Assembly: GCA_051362555.1 (NCBI GenBank)
Contig: CM120643.1
Coordinates: forward strand, 310,001-374,000
DNA from: Lingula anatina
Lineage: Eukaryota > Animalia > Brachiopoda
DNA: 64,000 nt
Reading direction: 5' to 3'
The notes under the pieces are model-generated. The model was given only the letters and a program-made list of their open reading frames with translations. It did not search any database and was not told the DNA's origin. Below are positions 25,102 through 37,336 of the stretch, one piece after another (the stretch's first letter is position 1; each line of letters starts with the position of its first letter). The position numbers were made by a program, and so were the translations under genes.

Positions 25102-26521
25102 TTAAAGCCTCCAAATGCGGCATATACTGCATTGTCAAACATTTCCGGAAGAGCACGTGCCCCAACTACATATCCATCTTTGGAAGTTGTGTGTTTGCCA
25201 CACTTCCTTCATGTGGTTGACTAGGGAAGCAAAAAACGCAAGCATATTCAATTTGTATGATCCCATTTTTTGACACCTTGGAGAATACACGCTGGCTCAA
25301 AATAATAATGTGCAGTATTTCTTTTCCCCACCGAAGGCGTGTACACTGTGGTGACAATGAAATACTTTGGTCTGCTTATCATATCATCCTATTTAATTTA
25401 TGATTCTGCTAGTGCACACTGTCTGTGAAGTGTTTTATCAGTAAGAATTTAGAGTACATGTATGTTTTCCGCTGTTTGAAAAAGTGAATAACCCCCCAAA
25501 CATGGAGTAACTTGTATCTGACTCTCGGATGAAATGTTGTTGATATGATGATTTCAAGATCTTTAAAATTTGCAGACAAGGCGGCTTCTATATAATGGGA
25601 GCCAACCGATTTATCCAAAATTGAATCTTTGCGCAGCAGATGACGTCAAACGAGACTAAGATTAGAGGGACATTTTACGAGAGGTGGAGTTAAAATCTGC
25701 CATTGCAACTTCTCTCGCGGTCGGACACAAGCTAAGATAGTGTAAAGCAATGGTGATTTGTTGATTATGCCTTCTTTGGCGCAATGCAGCCAAAGTTAGG
25801 CGGAAACACTGGAAAAATGTCCACGGATGACGAACGTAACTCCCACATTGATCGTTACACAACACGATTTACAACTGGCGAGAGTAGAAAAGAAAGGAAA
25901 GTTAGACTGGATTAGATTGGAAGGACTGGCTTAGTGCTGACCATATGTGGTGGCGACATTACGTTGGAAGAAAGGGACCAACGGCATACAGCCCATACCG
26001 ACACGTCACTGGCTTCATAGCATCGCCGTATAGACCGTATCATCAACGATCGGGGGAATAATGAAATGTAGGCTTACATTTTACATGTAGTTTAACCGGC
26101 ATGCCATGAACAACAGGCCTAGTACTACAGTACAGGTACTTGTGAATAATTATCTGTTTACTATTCTTGCCTTCATACAACATGTACCTGAAATTCTGAT
26201 AAACCTTCCACACTTACTCAATATACAGAATGTTTAGTTGCATTTGGTAAAATTCCATGCTGGGTGGTTAGTTATGATAATTGCAAGTACACGTAAATTT
26301 TCTAAGAAATAAAATGATATTTGATATTTTAACAACAACATCTTTGTCCATGTATTTCAGAAAACTGAGTGAGTTTTTTTAGAAAAAAAAGGCGCATACT
26401 GAGAGCACCTGTTATTGAACCAAACAAGAATTGTGAGAGTCACATGCGGTCAGGATAATCGGATGGTGTAGATTGCTGGGTTATTTTTACCTCCTGCGTC
26501 TTTTAGTTATCATGTTATTTA

Positions 26522-27256
26522 CTAAATCCTGGGTCCAAACTCCACGGACGATTTTCAGGACTACGATTTTTGAGGTTCTTGTCTGGCTGGGCCGTAGCTA
26601 GATCGCAGGGAAGGAATCAAGTTATTGGGGATTGCAAGAAGAAAGTGCGTGCGGTAAGTGCGTGAAAAGCACAGCCTCCGCACGTCAGAAGTATCTGCTG
26701 CGCCTGACGGGTTTTCGCACGTGTCCCGTGCGCCCTGTGTATGCAAAGTACAAGCATCGTGCACTATGTACGTTATCCGTACTAGGAGTACGAGCAACGC
26801 AAGTGGACATAGGGCAGACTTGCTGACTTCCTACGGCTTATGCTCGTCCTTTTCACGTGAGTCTTGCGTGTTGAGATGGTATTTAGGCGGTAATAAAAAC
26901 GGTGCATGTTTGAGGAGATTATTTTATCCACATTTTTTAAACCTGACATCAAAGGCAGGAATAATGCTTTTTCGTGCATGCTCCTCCTTTTAAACCAACG
27001 GTCCGTGCGCATGGAGTGACCACTACTCACTCAGCATGCACGAGGCCCGCCTGTCTACTTTTGCATTATTTTTTTAGAATTCGTAGACCGCACGAAGCGG
27101 CTGTTGATCATGTCGAAAAATTTCTAGGTGCTGTCTGCGCCCTCCAAAAAATGCTCGATGGACGTGCTCCTCACGCACGAAATCCCACGTTTTCCCCAAT
27201 TTTTGACCGTAGACCAGACGTAGATGCCCGAACGTTGGGTTGGGACCCAGGTTTAG
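26522..27256. mobile_element. TIR-bounded non-autonomous DNA element (Harbinger-like?)
   Basis: GC-richer island bounded by ctaaatcctgggtccaaac / gttgggacccaggtttag. No recognisable coding capacity. Confidence 0.6.
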
Positions 27257-28039
27257 ATCAGGAATCAACGGATGGCATTTTCGTCTCGGTATTACTTACA
27301 GTATCAGTCATTTTCTTTATTAATTAAAAATGTTTTGATTCTGTGAATATATATTATATAGTACAATAGTAGTTTATTAATTTTTTTCCTTTCTCATTCT
27401 ACTACTGACAGTTTGGAAAATTATAAGATAACTGTTTGTCATGCCGTTTTCTCAGATCATGAACATCAATTTGCGTGTGATTTTGTGTTTATTTGTTGCA
27501 TTTTTGTATAATTGTCAATAAATTGCAATATTTTTTTATAATTCAACTTTTACGTTGTCCTTTTTTATATTTTCTTTTGCCATCTTTTCTGTCATTTAAC
27601 TTTGATCTGATCACAATTAAATTAGCATTTTGTGAATGTTATTCATTACGTTTCTATAGCATCATTTTCATAAGCAAATAAATGAAATAATTTAAATTTA
27701 TAAGCAAAATTAAACCATTTGAAATAGTTGCTGTATATTTGGTGAAATGAAAACTAGCATGAGGCAAATGATTTTTATTTTACTTCTTCATAAATGAAGT
27801 TTTATAGTAAATCATTTATAAAGGAAAATGGCTTGTTGTTATGAAATTTTCGTTATTAATTCAGGTCTCATAAAATAACAACATCTAAGTAAATAACTCT
27901 CTTGACAACATTGGATGTATTTAATTATTATAAAAGTCTACTGCTTGAAGAATGTATATGGACCTTCTTCAACACTGATCTCTTTCGTTGAAAGCAGAAC
28001 AGTCATGCCACTCCCATACAGTGGTAAAAGCTGCAAATA

Positions 28040-28330
28040 AATATGTAAAGGCCATTCAATACGTTTTGGAAAGATGTGATGAAGGCATGTAAATCATTTA
28101 TTAGTGTTGTGCCAGAAGACAAACATAGCTTTCGGATGTTACTTTTATGGCTTACTAGTAAAATTTAAAAAGGATACGACAGAAATAATTGGGGATATAT
28201 TGGAAGAACAGGGTAATATCCTAGATAGGGAGGCATGGCATTTGCAAAGAAATTTAACATCCATAACGCATGTTACCTAATTATGGACTATGTCTAGTTG
28301 TTAAGGAATTAGTACCGAAGTATAAATTAC
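28040..28330 (+). pseudogene. Decayed L1/Tx1-like LINE ORF2 fragment
   Basis: Broken frames give FWKDVMKA and IIGDILEEQGNIL, which resemble the post-RT region of L1/Tx1 elements. Stops and frameshifts are present. Confidence 0.35.
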
Positions 28331-29218
28331 ATCCAACAGATGGTTTGCTATTTAGCCCCCCCCCCCCCCCCCCCCCCCCCCGCCTGCCCCTGCCTTTAGG
28401 ATTGGTAGGTAGAGGTTGGGAAGCTCATTCCCATCATTACGATTCAGCTTGGCCCAATGTAAGAACTTGGCACACCAGAGGGGGTTATAGGTTGTCACAT
28501 TTGTCACAACCTCATTCCCTGATGTCACAACCTCATTCCCTGATGAAGTCTGACTGCAAGCAGACAAAATATTGGCTGGTAAGACCAGACTATAAGTATA
28601 GTCTACAAGTAGCTATAGACAAAAGAATCTTCACAAGTCTATTAAGTTTGTTAAGCTATTTTCCAAGCAGAGAAATTGCTGCCCTACTTCCTCGCGGTAA
28701 ACACCTTACGTTGCCTCTCGTAAAACCATACGAAATATTCGACTCCGCGGAGAGATTTGCTTTGATCTCGAGCTTGGTTTGCCCCCATCACATGTGGTTA
28801 CCCGGAAAGTCAAACAATTTTCAAATTCTTATTTTTGAATAAGTAAGGCTGGTTTTCAACAAATAAGTTCAAGCAAAAAGTTTAATCAACAAGTTTAAAG
28901 GTAATTTTATTCATAATATAAGAAAACATAACAAAATGATTTTTCAGCCGCTGGTATTTTGGATAAGTAATGTGTGTCTTTTAACACAAAGTAAAAAAAA
29001 AATGAAGCTAAAAGTCATTGGAAAAGTCATCACCAATGTTACGGACAAAAGTGACATTAAATATAGACCTAAAACAACAACAACAATAATGTATGTATTA
29101 TACAAACTTTTGACGTTTTGGAGGTTCTAGCATAAGCCTTTTAATGGTTAGCAGAAAACAGACTACTGAAATGTCCTTTCCTGTTTAGTCCAGGGGTCTT
29201 TCTGTACGTAGCTTATGC

Positions 29219-30984
29219 CTATTTCGTTCTTCGGTTACGTCTTGCAGACACAATTCTATTTCTTGCGGCACGAGCAGCAGTTTTATAGGCGTGAAAAGAC
29301 TGGAATTTAAGAACACAGAGTTTAGGCTGGTTGTAGTCAGGGATCCATATCCAGGATGCCATGCCTTCTATTTCATCCATGTCGGCATCGGATCCCACGG
29401 CCACCACGCAGATTACGGTTCCTGAAACCGAACAACAGCACTAGTAACGTACATGTATAGCGTCAGCTTTCATGAGGATGGTGATAACAAAGTAAAGAAT
29501 AGGATCATCTTAATGGAACCGAATTTGACAATGATCAGAACTTAATGCCGTCTAAAAAAAACAGAGAACAAAAATTAAATTATCTGTGACTGACACATGT
29601 AGATGTTCTTTTGGTTTATAAGACAGGTGATGCATGGATGCATTTTCCCTATTTTCTATGCTTCGAAACAAATTGAAACTTACCGTTGCTCTTCATAGCA
29701 TTTGCCTGGGGGACAGGATCGCCCCCTTGATTAGAATGTCCGTCTGTTGTCATCCACACAAGTCGCTCGCCAGAACTACCAAGTTCGTCCTGGCAAAGTT
29801 GCAGTCCTTTCCGAGTGTTTGTTACACCTCCTGTAATTATATAGAAATTGGGTAACATTCAGAAGTAGTTTAGATTACTAATTTTCTACCTTCTCGTTGC
29901 TTTTTTAAAGATATCATTTTCGCCAAATTATAAATTACGCATTAGAAAAGACTTTCGCATCCCAAGAACCAAACTGAAATAAAATATTCTTCAACCCTGT
30001 TTTTTAAGATTGTGCTCTTATAATTAACAATTATTATTCACGTGTGATACGAGTCAAAACGGAAGTTTCATGAAGATAATACATATGCGCTGTAAATAAG
30101 TAGCGACGAATACACAATTACATGTATGTATCGATTTCCCGAGTTATTTCTAATGTACGATTTTATTTAAACACAACTTTAGTATCGATCCATTTCAAAA
30201 GCTCTGTTTCAACCATTGTGGACGATCGTACCTACTTTCACCACTCCTGCAATTGCCATATCGTTCCCCAAAAAGAACCCGAACGTGCCCAAACCGAAGA
30301 TAACAGCAGTAACATCTTCGCTAGAGAACCGCACCAACCCGATCCTGTGTCTAGCAGGATGGACGCTGACCGCAGCTGGCGTGTTGTCAATTGCAGAAAG
30401 GATGTCCTGAAGGAATAATGAATGCATCAGAGGTAATATCAGTATTATATCAATATTATTTTAACAACAGTATCAGTGTTTGCTGTGTGTAAGATTTTAC
30501 TTTTAATCTTCATGATCAATTTAGGCTGAAAACCGAAGTCAAATACGCAGTACACGATATCATGATCCGAAATAGAAATACTGGAGACAGCTTGGTACGG
30601 TGTAGGACGGACGAGGGAAATTGAAACAAGGGTACCATACAGTGTAATTAACGTATGCTGAAAAAACAGTAATCAATTTAAACATTAGTGGTACATATAT
30701 GTTTCGCTCCAAAAATTTTGAGGATTACAAGTCACACGGTAGGCCTATCTAATTCTCAAGAGTGAAAAAAATATAAAATAACTTACCCTCGCTGCCTGTA
30801 CGGAATCGCCCCACTCGGCAGCGTCAATGCTTCCGCTGCTGTCCAAGGCGAACATCACCTTCCAGTAGGGAGGAGAGCCACCCATCAGGGCATTAATGAT
30901 CTGGTCAATTGTAAGAGCGTCCACGCGCTGGTTTATACACGCCGAGCCCACGACGGTCAACAGTAGCAGTACAGATAGGTTCAT
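29219..30984 (-). CDS. Secreted single von Willebrand factor A domain protein, paralogue B (240 aa, 4 exons)
   Basis: Exons 30984-30787, 30406-30232, 29830-29684 and 29421-29219, identical in size to those of paralogue A. Motifs MFALDSSGS, RIGLVRFS, GGVTNT, WMTTDG and VVAVG; tail ARRNRRTK. Upstream DNA (to about 31900) is homologous to that of paralogue A. Confidence 0.93.
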
Positions 30985-31585
30985 CTTCAGTGACGTCAGT
31001 TGCGATCTTCCTTTATCACCTACAGGAAGTTCATTGGTGCTTCATGGAGACTGGCGACTTTTTATACTTACCTGTATTTACTTTGCCCCATTAAACAGTA
31101 GTTAAACTCATTTCCTCGTACCCTGGAGGTACACCGGGAACAGCGCCATTTTGAATGTTATTTCAGTAATTATAGTCTCGAGACTGTGTTGATAGACATT
31201 TAATTTTATTTCAGATTAAATGACTTTTTGTACATGTCAAAATTACCTTGTTTACCAAACATTTTTGACACGTGCTTTGTGCTTTATTGAGGAAGTTAGA
31301 TTGAACCAATCAGAAATCACCGTCAGGAATGTTTGGGCTCCTAGTTTCAAAACGACAAAAAGAATCAAGACCTTGTTCATCCCAAAAGGGGCCTCGTGAC
31401 GCGAGCCAAAGAGACATGCATCTATATTTATATACGTGTATCTAAATTTTACTCTGATACAGTATTTCTACGTAAGCGAACAAATTGAATAATTTCCTTA
31501 AAGCCTCCAATTGCATCATACACTACATTGGCAAACATCTTTAGAAGTTGAGTGTTTGCGACACTTCCTTCAGGTGGTTGACTAG

Positions 31586-31635
<50 letters not shown>

Positions 31636-32470
31636 GTCATTGACCCCATTTCTTGACACCTTCGGTAATACACACTGCCTCAAAATGATTGCGTTTGTGC
31701 AGTAAATTTCTTTAATTAATAATTTTACTATTCTATTATATAAGTGTTTTTATTCGTGAAAATTTTGAGTACTTGTAAGTTTTCTGCAGTTTACAAAATG
31801 AATGGCTGCACAAATCAGGGGTTATTAGAACTTGATTCTCGGATGAAATGTTGTTGATATGGTGATTGAAAGATCTTTAAAATTTGCAGACAAGGCGGCT
31901 TCTCTATAATTTGAGCAGGAACAAAATGTGAGCTTACGGTATAAAATGAACAACCTTAGACTAAGAGCCACCGGGCTTACGTAGATTCTTTGTAATAAAC
32001 TATATCACTGAGACGGAAAAGGAGGAAAATCGCTTCCAGAACTATATGCTCTCCTTAATGAACAAAAGAAAATTATGAATATTATATTTAAGTCGATATA
32101 TACAAAACAAAAAAGGAAATGCGGTATACAAAAAGATTGATCAAAATAATGCGGACGACAACAGTGACAAATTCTGAGTTAACTTTATACATTTGGAGAG
32201 TGCATGAGTATTTAAGTGCGTTTATACAAATGTCACTCTGTTTTCATAAATGTTTTTATTTACAGATCTGATTTAATATAAACTTCCAGTTACACTTAGG
32301 CTATCTGTGCACTGACTTCAATGTAAGAAATCATGAATGTTATTAATTTCTCTCCTTATGTGTATCTATATGTGTACCAGAATACTTTCTTTCCTATTCT
32401 TGCTTTCATTAGAAAAACATCGAACTTAAACACTAAAAGATGCCCTGAAACAACGAGTATGCTGACCAAG

Positions 32471-35400
32471 TCAATCTTCAGTGTAGTCATCCGGGTATTT
32501 GATGGTGTAGTTCCCGGGACACGTGGGGGTGGGGCAGCAGGTCCCGGGGGCTGGCGGCAGGAGAGAGCAGGCTGGTGGGAGTTCCCAGTACAGGCACCTG
32601 CATGGACAACAACAAATAGAACAGAAGACAGGGATAAAGGTATGTGCTGGACTTGCTTTAATCAGTACAGTGAGTGATAAACACAAATCAATTTACAAAC
32701 TCCGAATATCATTCATTCTACTGTGTTTAATGCAATAAAGAGACATGAAGTGTTTCCGGACAAAATATGCTTTTACTAATGCCCTTTTCATCTTTGCCGT
32801 GTAAGGAAAAATTTTTGTACTAATGTTGCCTTCTTTGTTTTTATGTCATCTAACATATTTTTAAATAGTTTGTTTAGAAACACATCCACAAACCAGGCTG
32901 ATATCTACTCCCTTATGTTGACGCTTACCTGTTTACGCATGCGTACTGGCCGTCACGTCCGCACACACATTTATGTTGACAACCATCATACCATTTATGT
33001 CCTTCGTCATATAATGTTCCCTTGTACATGCACTTCCTCGCTTGAAAATGTGAATGGTGTTTTTATTATTTTCACATCAACAGATTTAAAGGTACATACG
33101 AACCGAGCATCGGTGGAGCGTGGATTCCCAGTAACACATGTAAACCACTTCTACTAGATTCTTATATGACTCAAATAAATTTGACATGCCAAGGGATAAA
33201 CTGAATAGATCACTCGATCAGCCATAAAAGACCTTTAGACTGCTCCTTTCTTTAAATTTATGGTTGTAAATTTAACCTACTTCCGTGACCTACTTTCCTG
33301 CCCCATTGGCATTACAGCTTAGAATACCAGCAGAAAAATCTGTTCAAACATCATTTTCGGGTAAAATTAAACAATGCCTTTTGGTAATTCTCTTAGTTAT
33401 ACTACTTGAAACTATATGCTGGCATTTGGTTGGTTTCTGTGAGAAAAAATTGACTTTGTACGTATCTTTAAACCTGAATTAAAGGCAAAAAAACGTTTGT
33501 CACATCACCGGTATGGTGTATCATCAGCAGAGGGACACATGTTAGAATCCGCTTACACTGGGCGTTTATTACCATTCGTTCATCATTGACGCCCTTCCCA
33601 ACTCAGTCACTTCTTTCTTTACTGGTTCGTTTATTCTTCTCTTTTTGTTAAAAGCATGGAAATACATACTATACACACTGTCATATGCTGCAATCGCATG
33701 CTCTTTCTTACATTCCTTATACCATTCATTTCAATACATTCGTCACCACTTTATGAGATATACCAACAAAGGCCTAGCAGTACTTACATGGTGTTACAAT
33801 GGAGGCTGTTGCTGGGGAAGCAGTGGAGGTTGCTGCCAAGGTTGTCTGAGATACTAATGGGTACAGATACAGGAAGATAATTAATGTTATAAGTTGTATA
33901 CAGAATAGATTCGCGCATACAGAACTACACAGACGTGCATCAGTATCTATGTACAGCATACTGACGTACATGTAGGTCATTTTATTGAAATCCAATTTAA
34001 CATACAATACACGTCAAGAATTCAAGTAATAATATGATGAGATTGCAGTGGAAAGAGACAGAGAGTTCTAAAATATTACTTCTAATTACCTCCGCCAAGA
34101 AGGTTATGTTTTCACCCCTGTTTTTCTGTTTGTTTGTCTGTCATCAACATAACTCCACAAGTTATGGACCGATTTTGATGAAATTTTCAGGGTAGCTCAG
34201 AAATGGGTCAACTTAGAAGAGATTAGTTTTTGGTGGTGATCTGGATCAATAATCAATCAATAATCAATAATAATAAAAAAATTGCTGCCTTGGCGAAGGT
34301 CAGCGCTCTCGGAGTGCTTTTCTAGTTCTATTTTATAATAATGTTTTTCGTAAATCTTAAATAGCTTTATCTGGATGTTGCCAACTTCTATCTTTTTACG
34401 TTAATTTCAATCTTAACTGCCCCGCTGATAAAATGAAAATCTGTTAGTAAATCCTGGCGAATTAGTATTCATTTTCTAAGATGTAACACCTACCCATATC
34501 CGCGGTCCAGGTGGGCGCAATGGATGTGGTGGTGCCATCTATCGACAAAAAGTTAAGTTTTGTGATAACCACAGAATAATGTAACATGATCCGCAATTAT
34601 AGAAAGCTCTGCACAGAAATGAGTGGAAGAATCAGTGAATAAAGATAAAAGACTTTTTTATACTGTGGGAAATAAGATCAGAATAAAATACGGATAACTG
34701 GAACTCTTCCTGTATGAACAGAATTAGACCAGTGAAAATGCTTTCAAAAGTCTATCACTCACAAGTAACGCCACCTGCCACGTTATTTATTCTTTGTTCA
34801 TTTATTTATTTTAATGAATTTATTCATTTTAATGAATTAAAATTTTACAGGTATGTATCGCAAATAATATACAAGTAGACTTTGCCTTTGAAAAACAATA
34901 GGCTGTAGGCCTGACGTACCTTGAATGCACTGAAGCTTCTTGCAGCACTGGCCTGTGCTCGAGACCAGAGAACAATTTGGGGGAATCACTGGAAATGACG
35001 GGCACCTGCAACGATATGAATACCACTTTTCGTTCGTAGCAGGATATTTCCAGAGCCGTTTTGTGATGTAATTATGGTCATGGGAGATAAAAATCATAAA
35101 ATCCTATATATGTATAACTAAATCAAAGTTTATTTCTCTTTTATGTGTTAAGTAAGATGGAACAGACCTTTTCGTTTGTGGAAGCTTTGCAATATGGAAT
35201 CTAATTTTGGTCTTTAAAGTCTTTAAAGTTAATTTTACTATTTAGCATTTGGTCTTTAAAGTCTTTAAAGTTAATTTTACTATTTAGCATTTGCACATAC
35301 TTTTATACTGAAGAAAGAATCTACAAGGGGAGGGCACCTTCATGTACAAATATATTACTATTTGCATTATAATTAATGTTTTTTAATAATAAAAATTAAT

Positions 35401-37303
35401 AAATAAAAATAAAATATAAAGATTTCTAATAAACCACACAAGTTCATGTCATGGGTGAGAGTCTGTACTTACATCCTGCTGCAGTGGTAGATGCCGAGTG
35501 TGTCGTCTTCACAAAGACAGTTGTAATTAATAAAACTAAAAAATAAAGACTTCTAATAAGTTCATGTCATGGGTGAGGGTCTGTACTTACATCCTGCTGC
35601 AGTGGTAGATGCCGAGTGTGTCGTCTTCACAAAGACAGTTGTAATTAATAAAACTAAAAAATAAAGACTACTAATAAGTTCATGTCATGGGTGAGGGTCT
35701 GTACTTACATCCTGCTGCAGTGGTAGATGCCGAGTGTGTCGTCTTCACAAAGACAGTTGTAATTAATAAAACTAAAAAATAAAGACTACTAATAAGTTCA
35801 TGTCATGGGTGAGGGTCTGTACTTACATCCTGCTGCAGTGGTAGATGCCGAGTGTGTCGTCTTCACAAAGACAGTTGTAATTAATAAAACTAAAAAATAA
35901 AGACTACTAATAAGTTCATGTCATGGGTGAGAGTCTGTACTTACATCCTGCTGCAGTGGTAGATGCCGAGTGTGTCGTCTTCACAAAGACAGTTGTAATT
36001 AATAAAACTAAAAAATAAAGACTACTAATAAGTTCATGTCATGGGTGAGGGTCTGTACTTACATCTTGCTGCAGTGGTAGATACCGAGTGTGTCGTCTTC
36101 ACAAAGACAGTTGTAATTAATAAAACTAAAAAATAAAGACTACTAATAAGTTCATGTCATGGGTGAGGGTCTGTACTTACATCCTGCTGCAGTGGTAGAT
36201 GCCGAGTGTGTCGTCTTCACAAAGACAGTTGTAATTAATAAAACTAAAAAATAAAGACTACTAATAAGTTCATGTCATGGGTGAGGGTTTGTACTTACAT
36301 CCTGCTGCAGTGGTAGATGCCGGGTGTGTCGTCTTCACAAAGACAGTTGTAATTAATAAAACTAAAAAATAAAGACTGCTAATAAGTTCATGTCATGGGT
36401 GAGGGTCTGTACTTACATCCTGCTGCAGTGGTAGATGCCGAGTGTGTCGTCTTCACAAAGACAGTTGTAATTAATAAAACTAAAAAAATAAAGACTACTA
36501 ATAAGTTCATGTCATGGGTGAGAGTCTGTACTTACATCCTGCTGCAGTGGTAGATGCCGAGTGTGTCGTCTTCACAAAGACAGTTGTAATTAATAAAACT
36601 AAAAAATAAAGACTACTAATAAGTTCATGTCATGGGTGAGGGTCTGTACTTACATCCTGCTGCAGTGGTAGATGCCGAGTGTGTCGTCTTCACAAAGACA
36701 GTTGTAATTAATAAAACTAAAAAAATAAAGACTACTAATAAGTTCATGTCATGGGTGAGGGTCTGTACTTACATCCTGCTGCAGTGGTAGATGCCGAGTG
36801 TGTCGTCTTCACAAAGACAGTTGTAATTAATAAAACTAAAAAATAAAGACTACTAATAAGTTCATGTCATGGGTGAGGGTCTGTACTTACATCTTGCTGC
36901 AGTGGTAGATGCCGAGTGTGTCGTCTTCACAAAGACAGTTGTAATTAATAAAACTAAAAAATAAAGACTACTAATAAGTTCATGTCATGGGTGAGGGTCT
37001 GTACTTACATCCTGCTGCAGTGGTAGATGCCGAGTGTGTCGTCTTCACAAAGACAGTCGTAATCACAACCATCACTCCAAGTCTCCCCTGTCTTGTAAAC
37101 ACCGCCCTTATAGTAACACCCCACTAAATGACAGGATATATGTTAATTACTTGTTATTTTAAATTTAAATTTGATGTTAACTTTCATCTCGCATACACTT
37201 CTATTTCATTAAATTTTGACTTCATTGTACAAGTTATTATGTATGTTATTGCCAAAAAGGATGACAACTTTGTCCAATAATTTCCCATTAAAATTGGTGC
37301 AAA

Positions 37304-37336
<33 letters not shown>

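Noticed and set aside
26561-27327. Cluster of overlapping 64-117 aa ORFs
   Set aside because: A by-product of the GC-richer TIR element, with no recognisable protein motif.
28270-28842. 190-aa ORF
   Set aside because: It spans a poly-C run, a short duplication and decayed repeat sequence, with no domain or splice support.
20153-30418. Paired similar plus-strand ORFs (20153/29634 and 22080/30122/30216) as a second duplicated gene
   Set aside because: They are antisense to VWA exons 2 and 3, and the similarity comes from the VWA duplication.
35440-37057. CRISPR-like array
   Set aside because: Units are wholly repeated with no unique spacers, there are no cas genes and the context is eukaryotic.
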